From positions 128,001-192,000 of the forward strand of contig CAVQNG010000014.1 of assembly GCA_963713825.1 (NCBI GenBank): a stretch of DNA of 64,000 nucleotides, given 5' to 3'. This document shows positions 56,211 through 64,000 of the stretch, in pieces. A program made the translations under genes and the position numbers. This stretch comes from an uncultured Acidobacteriota bacterium (lineage in GTDB: Bacteria > Acidobacteriota > Thermoanaerobaculia > Multivoradales > JAHEKO01). Positions within the stretch are counted from its first letter, which is position 1. Each line of letters opens with the position of its first letter. Below the pieces are notes generated by a model, which saw nothing but the letters and a program-made list of their open reading frames with translations, had not been told where the DNA came from and made no database searches.

Positions 56211-58445
56211 ATGAGAATCGAGGACTTGCAGGTGTTGGCGGCGAGAGCCGTCGAAGAGGGACGGCATCAGCTGCTCGAGCCTGAAGGCTTCGAGTTGCTG
56301 CGAGCTCTTGGGATCCAGTGCCCGTCTTTCGAGGTCGTCTCCAGGCCGGACAAAATCGATGAGGCTCTTCTGGCCAGGCTGCCAGGAGACAGGGTGGTTG
56401 TGAAGGTAATCGCCGCTGAGCTGCTCCACAAAAGCGATGCTGGGGGTGTCGAGATCGTAGCGAAGCGTCCCCGACAGGTTGTTGCGGCCGCGACTGAGAT
56501 GGCCAGCTCGATAGGTCAATTCGATCTGCGAGGGATCCTCCTTCAGGAGTGGATTGACTACGAAGCCGGATTGGGCAGCGAGGCTCTCCTCAGCCTCCGA
56601 TGGGACAGGGAGTTCGGCGCTGTTGTGACTTTTGGAGTCGGCGGAATTCATGCCGAGAAGGTGACTTCGGCCTTGAGGGAAGATGCAGCCTTGGGAATCT
56701 TCTCGGCCGAGACTGCAAGTGGAAACCGCTTTGGACAGGACGTCTCGGGTTTGCTGATTACGGAACTGATGACGCAATCCCAGCGCGGCAAACCGCCCCG
56801 ACTTTCGATCGAGCGGCTAGGCGAGGTGGTTGGTCGGTTCGCAGCCGCGGCACCGTTGCTCATGCCTGAGCTTTTCGTTGAGATCGAGTTGAATCCCCTG
56901 GTCGCGGCAGCCGGCGATCTGGTCGCCCTCGATGTCGCCGCCAAGGTTTCGACTGAGCAGCCACAGCCTGCGACTGCGCGGCCACTCGATAAGCTCGATC
57001 GTCTCCTACGACCTGACTCGATTGCCATCATCGGGGTGGCAAAGCGTCTCAATCCCGGGCGTCTGATCCTCAAGAACCTGCTCAGGCAGGGCTTCGACCC
57101 CGAAAGTGTGGCCGTGGTCAAGCCCGGGCTCGATTCCATCGAGGGCTGCAAGTGCTGCGCAGACATCGCTTCGCTGCCCGGAGTTGTAGATCTTCTGATC
57201 GTCAGCGTGGGTGCCGAGCAGGTGCCTCGCGTCGTGCAGGAGGTGATCGAGCATCGGAAGGCCGAGACGATGATCTTGATTCCGGGCGGGCTCGGGGAGA
57301 CGAGAGGCTCGGGAATGATCAGCGACTCGATCCGGCAGAGTCTCGCCGAGTCGCGAACATCCCAGTGGCGTGGGCCCTTGGTCAACGGTGGAAACTGTCT
57401 GGGAATCCGATCTCAGCCTGGAAGGTACGACACTTTCTTCATGCCGGATTACAAGATGCCTCCAATCGGGTGGGAAGAGGGCAATGTGGCACTCTTGGCC
57501 CAAAGCGGCGCCTTTCTCGCTTCGAAGTCGAGCAAGCTGGAGCAGCTACGCGTGCGATACGCAGTTTCCGTTGGCAACCAGATCGACCTTGCCCTCGGTG
57601 ATTACCTCTCCTACTTGCGGCAGGACGCGGCAGTCGACCTGATCGGGGTGTATGTCGAGGGTTTTCAGGATCTCGACGGGAGAGAGTTTCTCGAGGCAGC
57701 TCGACAGATTACAGCGGAAGGGCGGCGAATCGTACTCTATCGCGCGGGTCGCAGTCGATCAGGAGTCGCGGCTGCTGCGAGTCACACAGCAGCCTTGGCC
57801 GGCAGCTATCGGGTTACCAAAGCCCTTGCACAGTCAGCAGGAGTGCAGGTGGTGGACACCCTGGAGGACTTCGAAGGTCTGTTGCTACTGAACTCGGCCT
57901 TCGACGGCAGGTCGGTGGAAGGGACGAAGATTGGAGCTGTCTCCAATGCCGGTTACGAGTGCGTCGCCTTCTGGGACGGCCTCGCAGACATGCAGCCAGC
58001 CCAATTCGGTTCGCAGACCTGCCAGGACCTGTCGGAGATCTTTCGGAAGGCTGGAGTCGAAGGTGTCGTGGATGTCCGAAACCCGCTCGATCTGACTCCC
58101 ATCGCCCAAGATGCTCAGTTCGAGATGGCGGTTCGAATCGTGCTGCAGGATCCTGGGGTTGACATCGGGATCGTCGGTTGCGTTCCGTTGACGGGAGCCC
58201 TGAATACCCTGTCCGAGTCGGTGGCGCATGACGAGAATGTCGAATCCCAGACGTCCATCGCCTCGAGATTGGTGCAGGTCTGGGAAGAGACAAGCAAGCC
58301 CTGGGTAGCGGTTGTTGATGCCGGTGCGGCCTATGACGCCATGGACAGAGTACTGAGCGAGGGCGGTGTTCCGGTCTTTCGCACTGCCGATCGGGCGATC
58401 CGCCTCCTGGATCGGTACTGTGCCAGCAGCGTCGACACAGCATGA
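56211..58445 (+). CDS. NDP-forming acyl-CoA synthetase (acetate--CoA ligase family) with N-terminal ATP-grasp
   Basis: HKSDAGGV, ELNPL, GGNCLG, QSGA, phospho-His ASHTAAL, SNAG and NPLDLT. Confidence 0.88.
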   Translation: MRIEDLQVLAARAVEEGRHQLLEPEGFELLRALGIQCPSFEVVSRPDKIDEALLARLPGDRVVVKVIAAELLHKSDAGGVEIVAKRPRQVVAAATEMASSIGQFDLRGILLQEWIDYEAGLGSEALLSLRWDREFGAVVTFGVGGIHAEKVTSALREDAALGIFSAETASGNRFGQDVSGLLITELMTQSQRGKPPRLSIERLGEVVGRFAAAAPLLMPELFVEIELNPLVAAAGDLVALDVAAKVSTEQPQPATARPLDKLDRLLRPDSIAIIGVAKRLNPGRLILKNLLRQGFDPESVAVVKPGLDSIEGCKCCADIASLPGVVDLLIVSVGAEQVPRVVQEVIEHRKAETMILIPGGLGETRGSGMISDSIRQSLAESRTSQWRGPLVNGGNCLGIRSQPGRYDTFFMPDYKMPPIGWEEGNVALLAQSGAFLASKSSKLEQLRVRYAVSVGNQIDLALGDYLSYLRQDAAVDLIGVYVEGFQDLDGREFLEAARQITAEGRRIVLYRAGRSRSGVAAAASHTAALAGSYRVTKALAQSAGVQVVDTLEDFEGLLLLNSAFDGRSVEGTKIGAVSNAGYECVAFWDGLADMQPAQFGSQTCQDLSEIFRKAGVEGVVDVRNPLDLTPIAQDAQFEMAVRIVLQDPGVDIGIVGCVPLTGALNTLSESVAHDENVESQTSIASRLVQVWEETSKPWVAVVDAGAAYDAMDRVLSEGGVPVFRTADRAIRLLDRYCASSVDTA

Positions 58446-58524
58446 CTTCTGTCGGCTCGGATGTCGGACAACAGCCGACACTTTACCCCAAGTCTTGACT
58501 CGGGAGTCCCCAGGTCCATGGCGC

Positions 58525-59112
58525 TCAAGGGTAGAGGCGCTGCTCTCTCCATTCGCCGTCATCCTGACGCTCGTAGAGGAACCGGTCGTGAAGTCGGTAA
58601 AGCTGGTTGTGCCAGATCTCGACGCGGTCAGCCAGGACTTTGAAACCACCCCAGGAAGGGGGTCGGAGGACGGGTTTCCCAGCGAACCTGGCCTGAGTCC
58701 TCAGGAATCTTCCCACCAATTCACGTCGTGAGGCGAGCGGCTCGCTTTGTCGAGAGGCCCAGGCGCCGATCTGACTGCCGCGCGGCCTGGAAGCGAAGTA
58801 GTCGTCCGCTGTTGCCTCGCTGACCGCCTCGACCCTGCCCTCGATCCGGATCTGTTTGTGGAGTGTGGGCCAGTAGATGCACAGGGCGGCATAGGGGTTG
58901 ACCTGCAGGTCGTGCGCTTTGCGGCTTTGCAGATTCGTGTAGAAGGTGACGCCGACGGCGTCGATGTCTTTGATGAGGACGATCCGGGCGGAAGGACGCC
59001 CCCCGGCATCTGCGGTGGCCAGTGTGGCGGCGGTGGCGTCGTGACTTTCTTCGCTGTGGGCGCGAGACAGGAGGCGCGAGGCTTCTGCAAGAGGATCGGC
59101 AGGTCTGGTCAT
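58525..59112 (-). CDS. pdxH: Pyridoxamine 5'-phosphate oxidase
   Basis: PSARIVLIK, FYTNLQSRK, YFASRPRGSQIGAWAS and RLHDR. Confidence 0.96.
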   Translation of the reverse strand: MTRPADPLAEASRLLSRAHSEESHDATAATLATADAGGRPSARIVLIKDIDAVGVTFYTNLQSRKAHDLQVNPYAALCIYWPTLHKQIRIEGRVEAVSEATADDYFASRPRGSQIGAWASRQSEPLASRRELVGRFLRTQARFAGKPVLRPPSWGGFKVLADRVEIWHNQLYRLHDRFLYERQDDGEWREQRLYP

Positions 59113-59219
59113 AGGACGGCTATTGTAGCCGGGCACCAGTCGTCGGTGCGGCGGTTCACGCCGACTCTACAGGGGTGCCGCGGCGGTACGAGTTGCCCTG
59201 TGGTTCTTCGGCTCGAGTC

Positions 59220-59687
59220 TCAGTCGGCCGCGGAGAAGCGGCTCACTTTCGGGTCGACGAGCTGCGCGAAGTCCGTGAAGGAGAGCTTCACCAGTTCGGT
59301 GTGGGAGCCGGCGTTGAAGGCGATCTCCTCGTCTTCGGCCAGGGTCTCGCAGACGAATACGGGCATGTCCCAGAGATTTCCAAACGGGGGCATAGCGCCG
59401 GGCTCACAGCCGGGAAACAGGCCCTTGAATTCCTGTTCTGTCGCCAGCTCGACGACCCGGGCTCCAGCGGCGGAGCCGAGGTGCTCGAGGTCGACCTTGA
59501 ACGAGGCCGGCAGAACCGCCATGGCCATTTGGCCGTCGAGCTTGACCATGACCGTCTTGGCTAGCTCCTGACCTGGTATATGGGCCGAGGCGGCGACTTC
59601 CTGGGCGGTGTAGGCGGGCGAGTGGCTGATACTGACGTACTTGACGCTGTTCTGGTCCAGAAACTCTCGCAGCTTCTGCAATGGCAT
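59220..59687 (-). CDS. YbaK/EbsC family aminoacyl-tRNA deacylase
   Basis: LAKTV, GCEPGAMPPFG and FNAGSH. Confidence 0.92.
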   Translation of the reverse strand: MPLQKLREFLDQNSVKYVSISHSPAYTAQEVAASAHIPGQELAKTVMVKLDGQMAMAVLPASFKVDLEHLGSAAGARVVELATEQEFKGLFPGCEPGAMPPFGNLWDMPVFVCETLAEDEEIAFNAGSHTELVKLSFTDFAQLVDPKVSRFSAAD

Positions 59688-59689
59688 GA

Positions 59690-60652
59690 CTACCTCCTGT
59701 CGATATCGTCAGGTGCAGGCTCGCCGATGGACCGACGAACCGTGAGTACCGGACAGTGGGCCTTTTGAATGACCCTCTCTGCCGTGCTGCCCAATAGGAC
59801 ATGGGCCAAGCCCGTTCTGCCGTGGGTCCCCAAGGCAATCCAGTCGACTGCCGCTTCGGCCGCTTGCTGAACAATGACCTGTGGCGGATATCCACCCTGG
59901 CTCAGCGGCTCGACCCTGACCTCCAATTCGGCCTCGATTGATTGCGCATGTCTTTCGAGCCGGTCGCTGACTTCCCGGGCAACCGCTTCCCAGACCGAGG
60001 CGTCTGGCGCCGCGGGACCGTAGATGCTGTCCATGCTGAACTCGTAGGGAACGTGGTAGACATGGAGCAGCAGCACTTCGGGTGGGTTCGAATCGGCGCC
60101 ATTCAGGAGCTCGATCGAGGTCGTGAGAGCCCACTTCGATGCGGCTGAGAAATCCGTCGCCACGAGAAGTTTGCGAATCTGTCTGCCAGGTGGTCGATCT
60201 CCAGGGTGGACCGTTAGGACAGGGCAGGTTGCCCTCTGCACGACCCGTTCGGCCGTGCTGCCGAGAAGGGGAGCCTCGACGGGACGATGGCCGCTCGTAC
60301 CGATGGTTACAAGCTCGGCCTCGAGCCGTCGCGCCTCCTCGACGATGATCTCAGATGGTTGTCCGATCCTGACCTGCCAGGTTGTGGCGACTCCGAGTTG
60401 CTGCGTCTCGCGAGCGATTCGATCGAGGTGTTGCCTGGCGGCATCCTCCAGCTGGACCGGGACCTTGGCTGCGAGCTCGCCGTAGTCCATGGCCCACCCA
60501 GCCAGGTTGAGGGCATGGATCAAGTGGAGCTCGAGACCCTTGTCGCGGGCGACGTGAACGGCCCAGCGAACTCCCGCATTCGCGGTCTCGGAGAGATCGG
60601 TAGCGGCGACGACCGTCCCCGGTCGGGACGGCAAGGAATCGGAACCAGCCAT
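59690..60652 (-). CDS. Tandem-domain universal stress protein
   Basis: Two copies of ATD.S...LGSTAERV...CPVLTV. Confidence 0.93.
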   Translation of the reverse strand: MAGSDSLPSRPGTVVAATDLSETANAGVRWAVHVARDKGLELHLIHALNLAGWAMDYGELAAKVPVQLEDAARQHLDRIARETQQLGVATTWQVRIGQPSEIIVEEARRLEAELVTIGTSGHRPVEAPLLGSTAERVVQRATCPVLTVHPGDRPPGRQIRKLLVATDFSAASKWALTTSIELLNGADSNPPEVLLLHVYHVPYEFSMDSIYGPAAPDASVWEAVAREVSDRLERHAQSIEAELEVRVEPLSQGGYPPQVIVQQAAEAAVDWIALGTHGRTGLAHVLLGSTAERVIQKAHCPVLTVRRSIGEPAPDDIDRR

Positions 60653-60846
60653 GGCAACTCCGGGGTCCCGGCGGAGTACATCCCGAGGATGTCTCCCTGA
60701 TGAACATAGTAACGGTTGCAATCAGGCTCTGCAAAGCCGGGTGGGGGTGATCGGACATGGACGAGGGCGGAGCGAGCCCTCCATTGGACATGGAGGGCTC
60801 GCTGCAGTTGGCTCTGCGTCGGCAAGTGCGCTCGCTTCGAAGTGCG

Positions 60847-61356
60847 TCAGTTGCCGCCACCCGAGTCGGGTCTCGCGTCGCGATGCGGGCGACCCTTCTG
60901 ACCTCGAGGGCGAACGGTTTCTCTCGCGGTCTTGAGCGCCTCGAACTTCTCGACCTGGTCGGGTGAGAGGATCGACGCTAGCTCGCGATCGAGACTCGAG
61001 CGCCTGTCGTGCATCGTTTCGGAACCACGGTGCAGGGTCAAAGCGAGAGCTCCCAGCTCGGAGAGATCTGGATTGTCGGTATCAGCCAGCGTACGAAACT
61101 GCTGACGGATCTCAGCCAGCTCCTGCCATTCCTGGCGTACGGTCTCTCGGTGATGGTCGAGAATCTGCTCCCACTCGATCCGTTGTCCGTCGGTCAGCTC
61201 CAGGTAGTCAGCCGCTGCTTCCAGCCGACGCTCGGCGCCGGGGAGCCGGCCCTCTTCTTCACCGGGAAAGCGCTCCCGTCCAGAAGGTTGGGCATTCAGG
61301 GTCATCGGTAGAGCCATCAATGCGATGGCGGCGACGATCAAAGTTCGATTTGTCAC
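60847..61356 (-). CDS. Spy/CpxP (LTxxQ) family periplasmic protein
   Basis: Signal peptide, LELTDGQ and ILSPDQ motifs. Confidence 0.8.
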   Translation of the reverse strand: MTNRTLIVAAIALMALPMTLNAQPSGRERFPGEEEGRLPGAERRLEAAADYLELTDGQRIEWEQILDHHRETVRQEWQELAEIRQQFRTLADTDNPDLSELGALALTLHRGSETMHDRRSSLDRELASILSPDQVEKFEALKTARETVRPRGQKGRPHRDARPDSGGGN

Positions 61357-61546
61357 TGTAGTGTCTCCCGTAGTTCGTGGGGATTTGTTGGTCTTTGATT
61401 ATCCGGTTTCAATTTGGCGCCTGCTGATGAAACACGGTAGTTGTGGAAATCCTGCGATGCGGTGGTTGACTGGATCGATGTCGTGCGGCCATGCCTTTTC
61501 GCTAAACTAGTTTCGAGAGAGCACTCCGATCCGCGGAGGTCGAGTC

Positions 61547-62941
61547 ATGAGCCGAGTCCAAGTGGCCACAGAGAAGATGAGATCGGTGGACCACGCCTGG
61601 CTGCGCATGGATGAACCGGCCAACCTGATGATGATCAACGGTGTGCTGTTCTTCGATCGCCCGTTGGTCCTGGATGAGGTGAAGAGGGTGCTGGGAGAAC
61701 GCCTTCTCGAGATCCCACGGTTCCAGCAAAGAGTCGTGGCCACGACGCGGGGTCAGAGATTCTCGTGGGAGCAGGACCCAACCTTCGACCTCGACTCGCA
61801 TGTCGTAGAAGAGACGTTGGCGTCACCGGGAGACGACGGTGCGCTGCAGAATCTCGTCAGCCATTGGATGAGCACCCCTCTCGACCGCGAGCGACCGCTT
61901 TGGATGTGTCATCTACTCCAGAACTACAAGGGTGGCTGTGCGCTCCTTTGGCGCATTCACCACTGCATGGGCGATGGTTTGGCTCTGATGCTGGTTCTTC
62001 TCTCGGTTACGGAGACGGAACCGCCTGATCCTGAGACCGCCAAAGAAGCCGTCAACCCACTCAGAGCCCTGTTCAGCGCGAACCCTCCGGGAAGGGAGGA
62101 GGCCCGTCGCTATCTCGAGCAGGTAATGCCAGCCGCGGTAGGGCTGCTGACGGGCCCGGCCGAAAAATTGGCAGCAGCGAGCAAGTGGATCAAGAGTGGG
62201 GTCTTTATGCCAACTTTCGGCCGCATGGCGGTGCGGCTTCCGGACCCGCGAACCGTGTTCAAAGGTCGTTTGGGTATTGCGAAGAGAGCGACATGGACCG
62301 AGCCTATCTCTCTGGATGACGTGCAGCGTGTGCGGCAAGCAATCGGTGGAACCCTGAATGACGTTCTGACGAATGCCGTTGCCGGCGGACTGAGGCGCTA
62401 TCTGGTCCGTCGTGGGGAGGTCAAGCACGAGCTGAGCTTTCGAGCCATCGTTCCGGTGAGCCTGCGGCCGCTGGAGCAGATGGCTCGGCTCGGCAACCAG
62501 TTCGGGCTCGTTTTTCTCTCTCTGCCGATCGGAATCGAGGATCCCAGAGAGCGCTTGGCGGAGCTGCAGCGCCGAATGGGGCGCCTGAAGCGCTCCTTCG
62601 AGCCGGTTGTGGTCTTGCAGGTCCTAGGGGCGCTAGGAGCTTCGCCGAACGCGATTCAGAAGCTGGTGGTGAAGATCTTCGGCACCAAGGGAACCGCTGT
62701 TCTGACCAATGTCCCAGGTCCTGAACGGACCTTGTACTTCACCGGCGAGCCCTTGAAGAGCTTCGTAATCTGGGTGCCTCAGTCGGCGAGGCTGGGCATG
62801 GGCATCGCCATCGTGAGCTACGCCGGCCAGGTACGGGTCGGCATTGCTACCGATCAGGGTTTGGTGGCCGATCCCGAGTCCATCGTGGCTGGATTTCACG
62901 AGGAGTTCTCGGCCATGTTGGACCTGGCAGAGCGAAGCTGA
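61547..62941 (+). CDS. Wax ester synthase / diacylglycerol acyltransferase
   Basis: PLDRERPLW, catalytic HHCMGDG, TLNDV, LGNQFG and TNVPGP. Confidence 0.93.
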   Translation: MSRVQVATEKMRSVDHAWLRMDEPANLMMINGVLFFDRPLVLDEVKRVLGERLLEIPRFQQRVVATTRGQRFSWEQDPTFDLDSHVVEETLASPGDDGALQNLVSHWMSTPLDRERPLWMCHLLQNYKGGCALLWRIHHCMGDGLALMLVLLSVTETEPPDPETAKEAVNPLRALFSANPPGREEARRYLEQVMPAAVGLLTGPAEKLAAASKWIKSGVFMPTFGRMAVRLPDPRTVFKGRLGIAKRATWTEPISLDDVQRVRQAIGGTLNDVLTNAVAGGLRRYLVRRGEVKHELSFRAIVPVSLRPLEQMARLGNQFGLVFLSLPIGIEDPRERLAELQRRMGRLKRSFEPVVVLQVLGALGASPNAIQKLVVKIFGTKGTAVLTNVPGPERTLYFTGEPLKSFVIWVPQSARLGMGIAIVSYAGQVRVGIATDQGLVADPESIVAGFHEEFSAMLDLAERS

Positions 62942-62971
62942 CTCCTGAGGCTCGGCCCGGGGCGCAATTTC

Positions 62972-64000
62972 ATGGATCTTCTTCGCAATCTCGATTTCTG
63001 GAAGCATGTCTCGATTCCTTTTGTGGCGGGTATCGTGGGCTGGGCCACCAACTGGGTGGCGATCAAGCTCACCTTCCTGCCGCTGGAGTTCCGCGGCTGG
63101 CGGCCTTGGCTCGGTTGGCAGGGGATCATCCCGTCCAAGGCAGGGAAGATGGCCGGGATCTTCGCGGAATCGACGATGTTTCGTCTCGGGACGCTGGGTG
63201 AGATCTTCCAGCACATGGACCCGGGTGCAATGGCGGATCACATCGCTGCCGTCGTCGAGCCGCGAATCGAAGAGTACACCGATGAAGTCATGTTCTATGG
63301 CGGGAACGGGACTCTCTGGCGCTCCTTGCCAAACCTCGTGAAGGGTCGAATCTACTCGAGAGTGCGTGAGGAAATGCCAACTCTGGTGCATGAGCTGATG
63401 CGGGAGGTGAGTGACGAGATCGAGGATCTGGTGGATTTCAAGCACATGCTGGTGACTCGACTCGAGGGGGACAAGGATCTGCTGAACCGCTTGTTCATCG
63501 AGTCGGGCGAGGAGGAGTTCCGGTTCATCGTTCGGTCCGGGCTCTACTTCGGCTTCCTGTTCGGTCTCGTTCAGCTGGCCGTCTGGATCTTCTACCAAGG
63601 CTGGTGGGTTCTACCGTTTTTCGGTGGGCTCGTTGGCTATGCAACCAACTGGATTGCCATCAATCTCATTTTCCGACCGCTGCATCCGAAGAAGCTCGGG
63701 CCCTGGACTGTGCAGGGTCTTTTTCTGAAGCGACAGCGGGAAGTGGCCGCAGTCTGGACCCATTTGGTGACCAGGGAAGTGGTGACCCTGCGGCAGATCA
63801 TCGAGGCGATGTTGGTCGGGCCCAGATCCGACAAGGTCGAGGCGCTGATCAAGAAGCACGTCGAGCCCATAGCGGACGAGGCCTTGGGGAGCTTTCTCCC
63901 AGCCGCGGAGCTCACGGCGGGCTCCCGGCTGGAGACCATTCGGGAGTCCGTCGGAGACAAGGCGATCGAAGTGTTGATCGAGCCCTTCAATCACTGGGGA
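62972..64000 (+). CDS. DUF445-family membrane protein (3' truncated; absent from the ORF track)
   Basis: My translation: MDLLRNLDFWKHVSIPFVAGIVGWATNWVAIKLTFLP...GWQGIIPSKAGKMA, with a second repeat VGYATNWIAINLIFRP...QGLFLKRQ. The frame stays open to the window end. Confidence 0.85.
   Translation, partial: MDLLRNLDFWKHVSIPFVAGIVGWATNWVAIKLTFLPLEFRGWRPWLGWQGIIPSKAGKMAGIFAESTMFRLGTLGEIFQHMDPGAMADHIAAVVEPRIEEYTDEVMFYGGNGTLWRSLPNLVKGRIYSRVREEMPTLVHELMREVSDEIEDLVDFKHMLVTRLEGDKDLLNRLFIESGEEEFRFIVRSGLYFGFLFGLVQLAVWIFYQGWWVLPFFGGLVGYATNWIAINLIFRPLHPKKLGPWTVQGLFLKRQREVAAVWTHLVTREVVTLRQIIEAMLVGPRSDKVEALIKKHVEPIADEALGSFLPAAELTAGSRLETIRESVGDKAIEVLIEPFNHWG

Noticed and set aside
61385-61415. ECF promoter for the Spy/CpxP gene
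   Set aside because: TGAAAC is present on the minus strand, but there is no CGT -10 element at 16-17 bp.
62633-63994. Minus-strand ORFs at the window end
   Set aside because: They are antisense to WS/DGAT and to the DUF445 gene.

Overview
This is a GC-rich bacterial chromosomal window with about 54 protein-coding genes. I saw no rRNA, tRNA, CRISPR array, integrase or transposase. The gene repertoire resembles Acidobacteriota/Thermoanaerobaculia, which is inference only. Housekeeping genes are fabI, gcvP, HU, rne, rnd, leuS, csp and pdxH. Other content includes an imuA-imuB-dnaE2 mutagenesis cassette, several peptidases (M1, M16, M23, M24), a Ser/Thr kinase, transporters and lipid enzymes. 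Highlights: (1) four copies of a hairpin-like element built from 7-bp units, inserted in-frame in variable loops of dnaE2; (2) a sigma70 promoter for imuA with a TTAC-N7-TTAC direct repeat in its spacer, a candidate variant SOS box; (3) a translationally coupled pair of an asparagine-synthase-like PP-loop enzyme and an archaeal RaSEA-like radical SAM enzyme; (4) ECF-sigma-like promoters ahead of DUF4097 and of an uncharacterised paralogous pair; (5) an M16 protease with two +1 frameshifts. All family calls come from motif recognition by eye; no searches were run.
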